A stretch of 64,000 nt of DNA, from NCBI GenBank assembly GCA_001600695.1, contig BCKQ01000003.1, positions 776,003 through 840,002 on the forward strand, read 5' to 3'. Made by a program: the position numbers and the translations under genes. Below the pieces are notes generated by a model. The model searched no databases, had not been told where the DNA came from, and saw nothing but the letters and a program-made list of their open reading frames with translations. Positions 1 to 11,138 of this stretch are shown here, in pieces. Origin of the DNA: Ascoidea asiatica JCM 7603 (Eukaryota > Fungi > Ascomycota). Positions within the stretch are counted from its first letter, which is position 1. Every line of letters starts with the position of its first letter.

Positions 1-123
1 ATAATTTTACGTTTTCCCAATGAAAATTTTCAGTAAGAGATAAATTTGATAAAAAGCACGTTTTTGTCGAGGTGGAGACCAGAAGTGCGGGTGTGCTGGT
101 ATTATTAGTATAAACTACGGTTT

Positions 124-180
124 TTATGGTTATTATGGTTATTATGGTTATATTAGATTAAATTAGATTAAATTAGATTA
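124..180. repeat. (TTATGGTTA)x3 followed by (ATTAGATTAA)x3, downstream of the reductase gene
   Basis: Direct inspection. Confidence 0.85.
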
Positions 181-263
181 TATATTGAATATTAGGGAAA
201 TGAATAAATAATTGATAAAATAATAAAAGAAATGATGAAAGAAGTGATGAAAGTGACAAGAAA

Positions 264-1589
264 TCATTTGGAAGGATTAATAACGATTTTACCCTTTGCA
301 GTATTACTAGAAAGTTTCTCAAAAGCTTTTTTATAATCATGTAAATCATAAACACTATCAATGAATATTTTAACTTTACCATTTTGTAACCAATCAATAC
401 ATTGAATCCAATCATCATTTGTAGGAGAATTACTTATGATTCTATAATTATAAGTTCCATTTTTACCATAAAATAATTTATAAGTTGAAAAAAATTGTCT
501 GAAAATACTTTTAAAAGATGAAAAAATTATAGACATTACTTTAATTTTTTTATAATTAAATTTATTATCACCAACAATTGTGATATAAATTGAACCTGAA
601 TTTTGTGGATTAATTAATAAATTATTTAAATAAGGTAATAAATCATTATTACCAACACAATCTAAAATTAAATCAAATTTTAATTTTAAATTTAAAATTG
701 GAATTGAAATATTTTTAAAATTTTTATAATTAATTGTATTTGAAATTTTTAAAAATTTATTTATAAAAATTTTAGATTCTTCTGAACATACAATTACTAT
801 ATTTTCAGGTTTTACTTTAATTATATTAATTAAAATTTGAATTGTACAAAGACCAACAGAAGTTGCACCACCAATAATTAAAATTTTTGAATTTTGATTT
901 AATTTTAAATTTTTATTTTTAAATAAAGCATTTTGACTTGTAGTTATTACAACACCAGAACTACCAATTTCATTAAATGAAATTTTTTTTTCATCAAAAT
1001 TTGTTAAAATTAATTTTGGATCATTATAATCAATTAAGAAATATTTTCTTAAAGCACCATTTGAAGTAAAAGGTACTAAATATATTGAAGTTATATTAAA
1101 ATTATTTTTAAATTTATTAATAAATTCTTTTGAAATATTTTTACCAAATTTTAAAATTTTACCAGAAAAATCTAAAGATATACCTTTTGGAGAATTACCT
1201 AAAATTAATGGACATGCAAGATTTGAAATAACTAAATCTGCTGGATTTAAACCAACAGAATATATTTCAATTAAAATTTTATTTTTAAAATTTATTGGTA
1301 ATGAACCATCATCATTTAAAATTATATCTTCATTAATTAATTCAAAACCTGAATTCCAATTTTTATAAATAACAATTTCATTTTTTAAAATTTTTTTTAT
1401 ATTTTTATTATCTTCTGAAGAAGAATTAACTAAAATTGGAATTGATTCAATAATTTTAGTATCTGAAGAAATTTCGGTTACATTTTTTTGAGCGGATGAA
1501 TTTCCATCTGTAGGAATAATCTTATTACCATCGGTGGTGGTATTGGTTGTACTTGTAGATGTAATTGGAATTATTACTTTGTTATCCAT
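264..1589 (-). CDS. MDR/enoyl-reductase-like NAD(P)H oxidoreductase (Yim1/Ast1 family)
   Basis: 441-aa ORF; GroES-like LNPAD and DFSGKI motifs, Rossmann ILIIGGATSVG, FDLILDCVG, C-terminal AKGKIVI. Confidence 0.85.
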   Translation of the reverse strand: MDNKVIIPITSTSTTNTTTDGNKIIPTDGNSSAQKNVTEISSDTKIIESIPILVNSSSEDNKNIKKILKNEIVIYKNWNSGFELINEDIILNDDGSLPINFKNKILIEIYSVGLNPADLVISNLACPLILGNSPKGISLDFSGKILKFGKNISKEFINKFKNNFNITSIYLVPFTSNGALRKYFLIDYNDPKLILTNFDEKKISFNEIGSSGVVITTSQNALFKNKNLKLNQNSKILIIGGATSVGLCTIQILINIIKVKPENIVIVCSEESKIFINKFLKISNTINYKNFKNISIPILNLKLKFDLILDCVGNNDLLPYLNNLLINPQNSGSIYITIVGDNKFNYKKIKVMSIIFSSFKSIFRQFFSTYKLFYGKNGTYNYRIISNSPTNDDWIQCIDWLQNGKVKIFIDSVYDLHDYKKAFEKLSSNTAKGKIVINPSK

Positions 1590-1828
1590 TTTGATCTAAT
1601 GAAAATAATTGGTTGATATTGATGACGATATTCTTAATGATTCTTATAAAATAAAATAAAATATTATAATTTAATTAATTAAAAAGTTTTGAAAATATTA
1701 ATTAATTATCAAATATAATTTCAAAAAATTATTGAATGTCAAACACCTGTCATTTTCAAAATTTTCTGAAAAAAAGATACTTGCAAGCTAGATCAAAAAG
1801 GTCTAAAATTGTTTCGAAAATAACTTCA

Positions 1829-1927
1829 GCCTGGCTAGCGTAATAGTTAACGCGTCTGACTTCTATAAGAATAATATTGTTCAATAAAGTCATCAGAAGA
1901 TTGTGGGTTTGACTCCCACGTCGGTTG
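1829..1927 (+). tRNA. tRNA-Arg(UCU) with 26-nt intron (1866-1891); atypical, possibly a pseudogene
   Basis: D stem GCGT/ACGC, anticodon arm TCTGA-CTTCTA^A-TCAGA, T arm GTGGG-TTTGACT-CCCAC, T7 terminator at 1932-1938; G18>A, C56>T and an imperfect acceptor stem. Confidence 0.8.
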
Positions 1928-2040
1928 CTTATTTTTTTGCTAGTTATTCTGGCTAACAGTCTTAATTGTTACTTAATTAGGTAAGTGTATTTCTTTGAGT
2001 TAAAAAAATAAAAGGTGAAAGTGAAACTAAAAAAAAGATT

Positions 2041-2139
2041 TCTCCCGGGGGTGAGTCGAACACCCGATCTCAAGATTACTTTGATTTCGCAAAGTGAAAC
2101 ATTACAGTCTCGCGCCTTAGCCAGCTTGGCCACCGAGAG
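2041..2139 (-). tRNA. tRNA-Tyr(GUA) with 25-nt intron (2077-2101)
   Basis: Reverse complement reads CTCTCGGTGGCCAAGCTGGCTAAGGCGCGAGACTGTAA[intron]ATCTTGAGATCGGGTGTTCGACTCACCCCCGGGAGA, close to yeast tRNA-Tyr; oligo-T terminator follows. Confidence 0.97.
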
Positions 2140-4223
2140 TTTGATGTTTTTATTTTTTTGAAACACAAAAAAATAACTATCTAAATTAAGTGTTTTTCAA
2201 CTGTACTATCATGTGACATTTATTTTGGCTTGTTTTGAGTCCTTGCCAAGTTATTTCCTCTTTTGTGGCGGGTGTTGAAAAGTGACTCTGTGAATTTATT
2301 ATTTAGTTATGGCAGGCGTCAGAGTTCAAATCACTTAACTAGATTCAAAAGCACACTGCCGTGCACATATAATTGCGTAATGCATGTGTGTGTTTGTCAC
2401 TGTGGAGGGATGTGTACGTTTTCTACATGCATAAATGAGGTTGTAGTGTCGTGCAACCAGGACCTGGCAAGCGTTTAAAATATATATTTTGTAACGTTTG
2501 TTTTAAAGATACTTCCGTGTGCACTTTGGCTGCTTTTATAAACTCTTATCAAAACCCCAATTGGTGAAAGAGTAAAATTTTATCTATAAAATTTTAATCT
2601 AGATCAGCATATTCTAATATTTATAATAGATAAAGCATATATATGTATTATTTGTATTAGTTAATCTTATTACTGCTGGAGGACGCAAATATAAAACGAG
2701 TAACGTAGGTTTGTTTTTTGCATCCTACTACATGCGTTGAATAACAATGAAAGGCAGTAAAGATGTCTTGTTAGCAGAATAGTGTAGATCCACAAGACTG
2801 GATTGGCTGCCAATCGAGTCCAGCTACTCGGGACTCGAACTGGTATCCCTTATTGAGTGTGATAGCTGATAGAGAATTTAATCTCCAGCGTTGAATTAAA
2901 TGGTAGCAGCAGCAGCAGTAGCAGTAAAGAGTACTGTTGTTGGTTGTACACCAGATTCACCACAAGAAGCTGTAAAAAATAATAAAAACAGACTAAACAA
3001 AATGAGGTTGGTTATTTTGTTTGTCTTTTAATTGCCTGTTCTTTACAGCTCTTAACTTCTTTAAAGAAGATGATTGGAATATTATTTCACTTGACTATTT
3101 GAATAATTATTGAAAATAATTTCTGGTTTTGCTGTAAAAGAGCCAATGTAAAAGCTTTTGCTTTTTAGATGTGAGATTACCTGCTTTATTTGACTCAAGA
3201 TTCGTAACAGACTTCACTTCTGATTCAGATTTGATCCAGATTTGATTCAAATTATGCATTATTTTACTATTTATCATCAAATTATATTTCATTTCAGATT
3301 ACTCGAGTAATCAAGATATTCATTAATTCATTAATTCATTAATTTCCCATCAATCAAGCTTGCAGAGTTTTTTCGCTCAATAAATATACAAGAAATATAC
3401 AAAATTCATAGGAGGTATACACAAAGTATACAAAAAGTATACCCTTTTTTGATTTTTCTTGATTTTTCTTGATTTTTTTATTACTTTCTTAATAATAAAA
3501 CAAATAAATATAATAAAACTTATCAATCAACAAATCAATAAATACCCTTACCACTGATTTTATCTCTTCTTCTTTATCTAATATTTTACTGTTTATATAA
3601 TTTTATCTTGACCTAAATTGACTTATTTTGACTTACATTGACTTATCTTCATTTCTTCATTTCTTTATTTCTTTTCTTCACTTTTTTTTTTTTTTTTTTC
3701 ATTTAATATATACTTAAATTTTTTCTCCCTTTGAAAAAAATTTATATAAAATCTATTCAATTTCTACAATTTTTTATCTTTTATTTATTTCTCTTTTTGT
3801 TTTTTATATATACATATAATATATTTATTCAATTCTTTTCTATTTAATTCTTCTCTTTTTCTTTCATACTCATAATACAATTCAATACAATTCAATATAA
3901 TTCAATATAATTCAATATAATTCAATATTTAATAATAATAATAATAATAATATATACTTATTAGAATATACTTAGATAAACTTTATAAATATATATACAA
4001 TATATATATATATATGTACAATATATATATATATATATATATATATTTACTATAAAATATAAATCATTTCCTTTAATATGCCAATTACTATTTATTTAAG
4101 CTAACTCATTTCAATTCAATTTAATTCAATTCAATTCAATTCAATTCAATTATATTCTATTCTATTCATTCATATAGATTCATTTCAATCAAATTAATAA
4201 CAATAAAAATAGTATAATAAGTA

Positions 4224-4460
4224 ATGGGTGGAACAAGATATCAAACATCTCAAGCATCTTCAAATTCTTATATGGATTTACCAACTTATAGAGTAGATTC
4301 TGTAATTTGTTGTAATTGTGAATCTGAAGCTCCACAAAAAATTTTTTGTCCATATTTATCTGATCCTTCAAGATATTATATTCATGAAAGATGTTATTAT
4401 TGTCAACATCCATGGTGTGATGATTGTGAAAAATTTTTTTCTTCTGCAAATTATCTTTAA
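4224..4460 (+). CDS. 78-aa Cys/His-rich microprotein (CCxC...CxxCxHxWCxxC), putative metal-binding or zinc ribbon
   Basis: Every codon except ATG/TGG ends in A/T while positions 1-2 are GC-containing, as in neighbouring true genes; 8 Cys in an ordered motif. Confidence 0.8.
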   Translation: MGGTRYQTSQASSNSYMDLPTYRVDSVICCNCESEAPQKIFCPYLSDPSRYYIHERCYYCQHPWCDDCEKFFSSANYL

Positions 4461-5943
4461 TCAACAAAAAAAATGAAATTGAAAGTGAAACTAAAAGTGA
4501 AATTGAAATTGAAAATGAAAATGAAAATGAAAATGAAAGTGACTCTTGCTTATTTGATTATCAAACAAAATGACGTTACTATTTTATAATTCTCTTAACT
4601 AAGGGGTTCTCAGTTTACCAGTTTATCAGTTTATCAGTTTCTAAGTTTTTCAGGTTAATTAAATTTTTTTTGCTCTTTAGTCCTTATTTTCTGTCGTCAA
4701 TTTCACTTTTACTTTTTTTTTTTAAATTTTATTTTTTAACAAATTTATATTCTCTAAATTGATATTTCAATTATTTATCAATTATCATTAATCATTTCTT
4801 ATTACTTAATTTTGATTCCTCATTTTTTATTATTTATTTAATTTTAATTTTAATTTATCTTTTATTAGCGTATTGTCATTTTTTCTTTAATTTTTTCTTA
4901 AATTTTTTCTTTCAACTTTTTTTCAATATTTTTTTTTATTTCAAGTTTTTATTATTATAAATTGGCATTAGATTATTTTTTTTAATATCTTAAAATCAAT
5001 TCAAAATATTCAAATATTTATAAATTCTTTTTTTTTTTTTTTAATTCATCTCATTTCATTTCTTTTCTTTTGTTATCTATCTCTATATATTTATCAATTT
5101 TAAAAGTTATCACAATTCAATCAATATATTATAAAGTTATTTTATCATTTTTATCATTTTTAACAAATTTATCAATTTTATTCATCCATTTTTGTCGTAT
5201 ATAGTTATTTTATAAATTTAATTAGTTAATAAATAATAATATCAAATAATAATAATAATGAAATAGGCTATGAGTAGTAAATCAATTTTTAATTTAAAAG
5301 AATGAATCTCATTTAATTATACAGACAAATATTTCTTTCTTATCATTTAATTTTGAAAGTTATTTTAATTTTTTTTCGGCGTTAATAAATAAATACATAC
5401 ATCTTTAATCAAAAAAAAAAAAAGAGTCAAATAAATTAAATTGATTAAATTTAAGATAAGAAATTGAAATTAAAATTAATAACCAATTGAAAATTAAAAA
5501 TTTTAATTATGACATATTTGAATAAAATTGAAATTGAACCGAAAGAGAATAAAGAGAATAAAGAGGAAAGTCATTTGAAATTTTCCGAATTGGATAAGAT
5601 TTAGGTTAAGTGATTTGATTCAATTTAAAATTTAATTGATTGACTTGATTGACTTGATTGAATATGATTGAATATGATTAAGCTGATTGAATATGAATGT
5701 ATGAATGTATATTGTATAAGATTGAATAATTTTCTCTGAATTTTTAAATTTTTATAATTGATAATTTTTTTAAAAATTAAGTTCTTTACGAAAATAAAAA
5801 ATAATTTAAGAACTTTTAGTTGGTAATTGAATGGTAATTAATGGTTATTATCGGAGATAATATGATTTTGTTTTGTTAATTAGGCTTACCGATTAAAGTA
5901 GAATTTATGCCCCACGAGAAATACTGTATGGAAGAAGAGAGAA

Positions 5944-5995
5944 TAATTGATAATTGGTAATTGATAATTGGTAATTGATAATTGGTAATTGGTAA
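5944..5995. repeat. (AATTGAT/AATTGGT)n tandem repeat
   Basis: Direct inspection. Confidence 0.8.
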
Positions 5996-6518
5996 CTGAA
6001 ATGATTGATGAGAATTGAGGTAAATTTATTAAAGGATGTTTTCAACGAAATAAACCTATTTTTTATTACATTTATTTATTATGTTTATTTATTTATTTAT
6101 TCGTTTATTCAGTAACTTACAAATACTGTCAACCACAACCCACCCACAGCTGTGGATTTATAAGAAACTGAGAGTAGACCCAGTGGAGTGGGTCCTGTGG
6201 CTGACAAGTGGCTTAACATCGGAGGGGGCGTATGGATGAGTCTAGTGCAGTATTTTGTTGCAGCTGTTTATTTTAATACGTCAGGCCTGCAACGCTGCTA
6301 CTTTTTGATCGGCGATCGGCCACTGCACACGGCAGTCATGTGACCCTGCACCTGATGTTTCCCCGAATCTCTCGATCTGAAACTGGATCTCGATTTGAAT
6401 TGCGACGAGTGTCAAAAGCGATAAGAACAAAGAAAGAGAGAAGAGAAAGAGAGAAGAAAGGAAAGAGAAAATAAAAGAAGGTGTAATGAAAGAAAAATGT
6501 ATCATAATCACAAAAGAG

Positions 6519-6535
6519 CAGCAGAGGATTACTAA
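6519..6535. promoter_or_regulatory. Adjacent Ace1/Cup2-like copper-response element (TCCTCTGCTG, minus strand) and Yap-type site TTACTAA
   Basis: Matches TC-Y4-GCTG and TTACTAA about 370 bp upstream of the Cu-ATPase ATG. Confidence 0.45.
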
Positions 6536-6899
6536 TTCACCATGACTTACTCCTCTTGAGATGTTTCTGCTACTGCTTTTTTATCTTCGTTAGTCTTCTT
6601 TTATCTTCTTCTATCTTCTCTCTGTTCTTTTAGCTTGCTTTTTGAGTGATAAGTGCTACTTCAAATTACTCTTCTCAGCCAGATTACAACACTCCAACTT
6701 GCAGATTCTACCTTTTTACAATGCTTTTTTCCTAAAATATGTAGCAAAAACATCGCATTTTTCAATATATAAGTTCTTCCACTTCTATTCTAAAATAATA
6801 ATATTTTCAATTCCAATCTCAATTCAATTCAATTCAACTCAATTCAATTCAATTCAATAATATATTATATTAAATTATATTTCAATAAATATAATAAAA

Positions 6900-9800
6900 A
6901 TGGAAAAATTAGAAATTAAATTATCAAATATTCATTGTCAAGATTGTGTTGATTCAATAAGAACTGCATTATCATCACTTTTAAATTTAATAAATAATAA
7001 TAATAATAATAATAATGATTTAAATATTAATATCAATATCTCAAATCATATTACAAATTCTATTAATAATCTTAATAATAATAATAATAATAAAATTTTA
7101 CCAAAGGTTTTATGGTCTTTATCTGATGAAAAATTAATTTTAATTTCAAATGATTCAAATTTTTTAAATTTATTTTCAAAAAATAATAATAATTTAGAAA
7201 AAAAAATTATTCATTTATTACAAAAAACTGGTTATATTGTTAATGATGTTGATTTATCTTTAATTATTAATAATAATAACATAAATAATAATAGTCAAGT
7301 TGATAATTCATATAACTTGGATAACTTAGATAATTCAGATAACTCTGATAATATTAATTATAATGAAAATAAAATTTTTTCATTTTTTAAAAATAAATTT
7401 TATACAAAAAATAATTATAAACATCATTTATCACATTGTAAAGTTTGTAAAGAAAAAGAAATTTTAAAAAAATCTTTAAAAATTTCAACTTCAAAAAAAT
7501 TAAAAAATAAATTAAAATTATCTAATTCTTCATCTTCTTTTGATTTAAATAACAGTAATTCAATTGATCAATTCAAAAATTCAGATTCAGATTTAGATTT
7601 AGATTTAGATTCAAATTCAAAACCTTCAATAAAAATTACTTCTCCAACTGAATTTAGAGCTTTATTTGGTATTGGTGGTATGACTTGTACAAATTGTTCA
7701 ACAAATGTTAAAAATACTATTCAAGATATTTTAAATAAATCTTCAAGAACTTCAGCTTCAAATTCAAATGATGAAAAAAATGATATTAATAATAATAACA
7801 ATAACAATAATAATGAAACTAATACTGCTCCTATTCCTGTTGATGATGAAATTGATCATGATAATGAACAAATTTTTGTTGATCTTATTTCAAATTTAGC
7901 TATAGTAATTTTACCAAATAAACAATTAGTTAATTCTATTATTAATTCGATTAAAGAAATTGGTTATGAATGTTCATTATTAGAAATTTTACCAATTGAA
8001 AAAACTAAAAAATTTAAAATTATTTCTTCAATTGGTGGTATAACTTGTGCTGCATGTGCTTCAACAATTTCTTCTGCTGTTGAAACTTTAGATTTTATTG
8101 AAGAAACTTCTGTTAATGTTGTTTCTAAAACTGCTGTTTTTATAATGAATTCAAATTCAAATATAAATATAAATATTTTAAAAGAAACTATAGAAGATTG
8201 TGGTTATGAATTTAATTTATTAGAAATTAAAGAAATTGATAAAATTATTAAAAAAATTCAATCAAGATCAATAAATTTAAAAATTATTGGAATGTTTTGT
8301 TCAAATTGTCCAGATTCAATTAATAATTTATTAAATAGTTTTGGTAAAGCTGTAATTGTTAATGATCCAATTACTTTATCTCATCCATTTGTAAAATTTA
8401 CTTATATACCATCTCCTTCAAAAAATTTAACAATTCGTCATATTTTAAAAAAATTAGATCAAATTTCTCCAGTTTTTAAAGTTGAAATTATTAAACCTGT
8501 TTCAATTGAAGATCATTTAAGAAAAATTTCAAAATTAGAAACAAAAAAAATTTTTTTAAGACTTTTTGCAACTGCTATAATTGTTATTCCAACTTTTATA
8601 TTTGGTGTTGTTGGAATGTCTTTAGTTAAAAAAAATTCTGCTTTTAAAATTTGGTTAGATACTCCAATTATTGCTGGTAGAACTTCAAGAAATGAATGGA
8701 TTTTATTTTTTTTATCAACTCCTGTTTATTTTTTTATTGATGATGTATTTCATAAAAAAGCTATAAAAGAAATTTATAATCTTTGGAAACCTCATGTACC
8801 TTGGTTTAGAAGATTTTTTAAATTTGGTTCAATGTCTTTATTAATGAGTTTAGGTACTTCAATTGCATATTTTGCAAGTATTGCAATGTTAGGTCTTGCA
8901 GCTTCTCAAAAAAAAGATAAAAATCAAATGGGTTATTCAACTACATATTTTGATACTGTTGTTTTTTTAACTTTTTTTCTTTTAATTGGTAAACTTTTAG
9001 AAAGTTTTTCAAAAACTAAAATGACTGAAGCAATTTCTGATTTAAGTTCTTTACAAGCTGATAGAGCTCATGTTATTGAAAATGTTCAATCTATTGATGA
9101 AGATTTTAGTGATGATATTGAAGTTAATTCAGATTTACTTGAACTTAATGATTATATTAGAATATATCCAGGTGAATCTCCTCCTTCTGATTGTATTATA
9201 ATGTTTGGTCATTCTCAATTTGATGAAAGTGCTTTAACTGGTGAATCTGATGCTGTTTCTCATGGTAAAGGTGAACAGATTTTTGCTGGTACTGTTAATG
9301 TTGGTTCTGAATCTATTGTTGCTAAAGTTTCTTCTACAAGTGGTACTTCTCTTTTAGATAATATTGTAAAAGCTGTTAGAGATGGTCAATTACGTAAAGC
9401 TCCAATTGAAAGAACTGCTGATAAATTAACAGGATATTTTGTACCTATAATTACACTTGTCGCTATTATTACTTGGATTCTTTGGTTATCTTTAGGATTT
9501 AGTGGATCTTTACCAAAATCATATTTGGATGTTGAAGCAGGTGGATGGACTGTTTGGTCTTTAGAATTTGCAATTGCAGTTTTTGTAATTGCATGTCCAT
9601 GTGGAATTGGTTTAGCAGCACCTACAGCAATATTTGTTGGATCTGGACTTGCAGCTAAAAATGGTATTTTAGCAAGAGGTGGTGGTGCAGCTTTTCAAGA
9701 AGGTTCTCAAGTTAATGTTGTCTGTTTTGATAAAACAGGTACTTTAACAAATGGTGGAGATCCAACAATAACAAATTTTTCTTTTATAAATACAAAATTA

Positions 9801-10970
9801 TTAAAGAAATTTTTTGATGAAGAAAATAATGATGGAATTGTAAAATCAATTAGATTAATTTCTTATCAATTAATGAAAGATTTAGAATTAGGTTCAAGAC
9901 ATCCACTTTCATTAGCTGTTAAAGAATTTGTTAAAGCTGCTTGTATTAAAGAAGAATTAACTTTGTCAACTGTTAAAGTACCTAAAGTAACTGAAATTGC
10001 AGGTAGAGGACTTAAAGGTGAAATAATTTTAGATAATGATGAAAGTATTGATTTTCCTTGGAAGAAATATAAGATATCTGAAGTAATTCTCGGTAATGAA
10101 AAACTTTTAATTGAAAATGAATCAGTTGATTTAACTCTGGAACAAAGAAAATTATTAAATAGTTGGAAAAATGATGGTAATAGTGTTATAATTGTTGCAG
10201 CAAATTTTTTTAAATTAAATCAAGATTTATCAGAAGTTGAATCTTCAGATTTAGATAAAAAATTTATTCCTATAATTATGGTTGCTTGTAGAGATACTAT
10301 TAGAGCAGAAGCTATTGATGTTATTAAATCACTTAAAAATATGAATATTGATTGTTGGATGATATCTGGTGATAATGAATTAACAGCCAAAGCAGTTGCA
10401 AGAGAAATTGGAATTGATGAGAATCATGTTGTTGCTGAAGTTTTACCAGATGAAAAAGCAGATAAAATTAAATGGTTACAAGATTCTGCAATGATTGATT
10501 CAAATAAAAAAGATAAAATTGCAGAGAAAGCAGTTGTAGCAATGATTGGGGATGGAATAAATGATGCACCAGCATTAAGTGCAGCAAACGTTGGAATTGC
10601 TTTATCATCTGGTTCAGATTTAGCTTTAACTTCTTCTGATTTTGTTTTATTATCAAAAACATATCCTTTACTTTCTCTTTTAACATTAATGAAACTTTCA
10701 AAAACAGTATTTGATAGAGTCAAATTCAATTTTGGTTGGGCTTTAATTTACAATTGTATTGGTATACCAATTGCTGCTGGTGTTATTTATCCTTATAAAA
10801 ATTCAAGATTGTCACCAGTTTGGGCAAGTGCAGCTATGGCTGCTTCCAGTGTCAGTGTTGTTTTAAGTAGTTTAGCATTAAAATTCTTTAGAGCTCCAAA
10901 GATTGCCAAAAAGGGTTTAGTAGCTGAAGTAAAAGAAGTTGGATTTGCTAAAGAGCATAATGTAGATTAA
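6900..10970 (+). CDS. CRP1: Copper-transporting P1B-type ATPase, Candida Crp1/Crd1-like copper-resistance type
   Basis: HMA motifs NIHCQDC, GMTCTNC, GITCAAC, GMFCSNC; LTGES, CPC, DKTGT, HP, GDGIND; Cu(I) signatures YN and MAASS. Confidence 0.88.
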   Translation: MEKLEIKLSNIHCQDCVDSIRTALSSLLNLINNNNNNNNDLNININISNHITNSINNLNNNNNNKILPKVLWSLSDEKLILISNDSNFLNLFSKNNNNLEKKIIHLLQKTGYIVNDVDLSLIINNNNINNNSQVDNSYNLDNLDNSDNSDNINYNENKIFSFFKNKFYTKNNYKHHLSHCKVCKEKEILKKSLKISTSKKLKNKLKLSNSSSSFDLNNSNSIDQFKNSDSDLDLDLDSNSKPSIKITSPTEFRALFGIGGMTCTNCSTNVKNTIQDILNKSSRTSASNSNDEKNDINNNNNNNNNETNTAPIPVDDEIDHDNEQIFVDLISNLAIVILPNKQLVNSIINSIKEIGYECSLLEILPIEKTKKFKIISSIGGITCAACASTISSAVETLDFIEETSVNVVSKTAVFIMNSNSNININILKETIEDCGYEFNLLEIKEIDKIIKKIQSRSINLKIIGMFCSNCPDSINNLLNSFGKAVIVNDPITLSHPFVKFTYIPSPSKNLTIRHILKKLDQISPVFKVEIIKPVSIEDHLRKISKLETKKIFLRLFATAIIVIPTFIFGVVGMSLVKKNSAFKIWLDTPIIAGRTSRNEWILFFLSTPVYFFIDDVFHKKAIKEIYNLWKPHVPWFRRFFKFGSMSLLMSLGTSIAYFASIAMLGLAASQKKDKNQMGYSTTYFDTVVFLTFFLLIGKLLESFSKTKMTEAISDLSSLQADRAHVIENVQSIDEDFSDDIEVNSDLLELNDYIRIYPGESPPSDCIIMFGHSQFDESALTGESDAVSHGKGEQIFAGTVNVGSESIVAKVSSTSGTSLLDNIVKAVRDGQLRKAPIERTADKLTGYFVPIITLVAIITWILWLSLGFSGSLPKSYLDVEAGGWTVWSLEFAIAVFVIACPCGIGLAAPTAIFVGSGLAAKNGILARGGGAAFQEGSQVNVVCFDKTGTLTNGGDPTITNFSFINTKLLKKFFDEENNDGIVKSIRLISYQLMKDLELGSRHPLSLAVKEFVKAACIKEELTLSTVKVPKVTEIAGRGLKGEIILDNDESIDFPWKKYKISEVILGNEKLLIENESVDLTLEQRKLLNSWKNDGNSVIIVAANFFKLNQDLSEVESSDLDKKFIPIIMVACRDTIRAEAIDVIKSLKNMNIDCWMISGDNELTAKAVAREIGIDENHVVAEVLPDEKADKIKWLQDSAMIDSNKKDKIAEKAVVAMIGDGINDAPALSAANVGIALSSGSDLALTSSDFVLLSKTYPLLSLLTLMKLSKTVFDRVKFNFGWALIYNCIGIPIAAGVIYPYKNSRLSPVWASAAMAASSVSVVLSSLALKFFRAPKIAKKGLVAEVKEVGFAKEHNVD

Positions 10971-11138
10971 TTTTAATTTTTTTTCTTTAAGTTTTATGTT
11001 TTTTTATTATAAAAACAAAATGTTGTTCTTTTCTGAATTTTAATCTTACTATTTTTTAACCATTCTTGTTTTTTGAATAATTTTAATAAATACCTAATTT
11101 CATTTCAAATGTATAAAAAATATGTTCAATCCAATTTA

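Noticed and set aside
1969-2166. 65-aa ORF on the minus strand
   Set aside because: It is read through the tRNA-Tyr gene
2841-2850. TGGTATC as a retrotransposon primer-binding site
   Set aside because: Match stops after 7 nt; no LTR pair or gag/pol
4189-4467. 92-aa ORF antisense to the microprotein
   Set aside because: Non-ATG start; shadow frame of the + strand gene with clear codon bias
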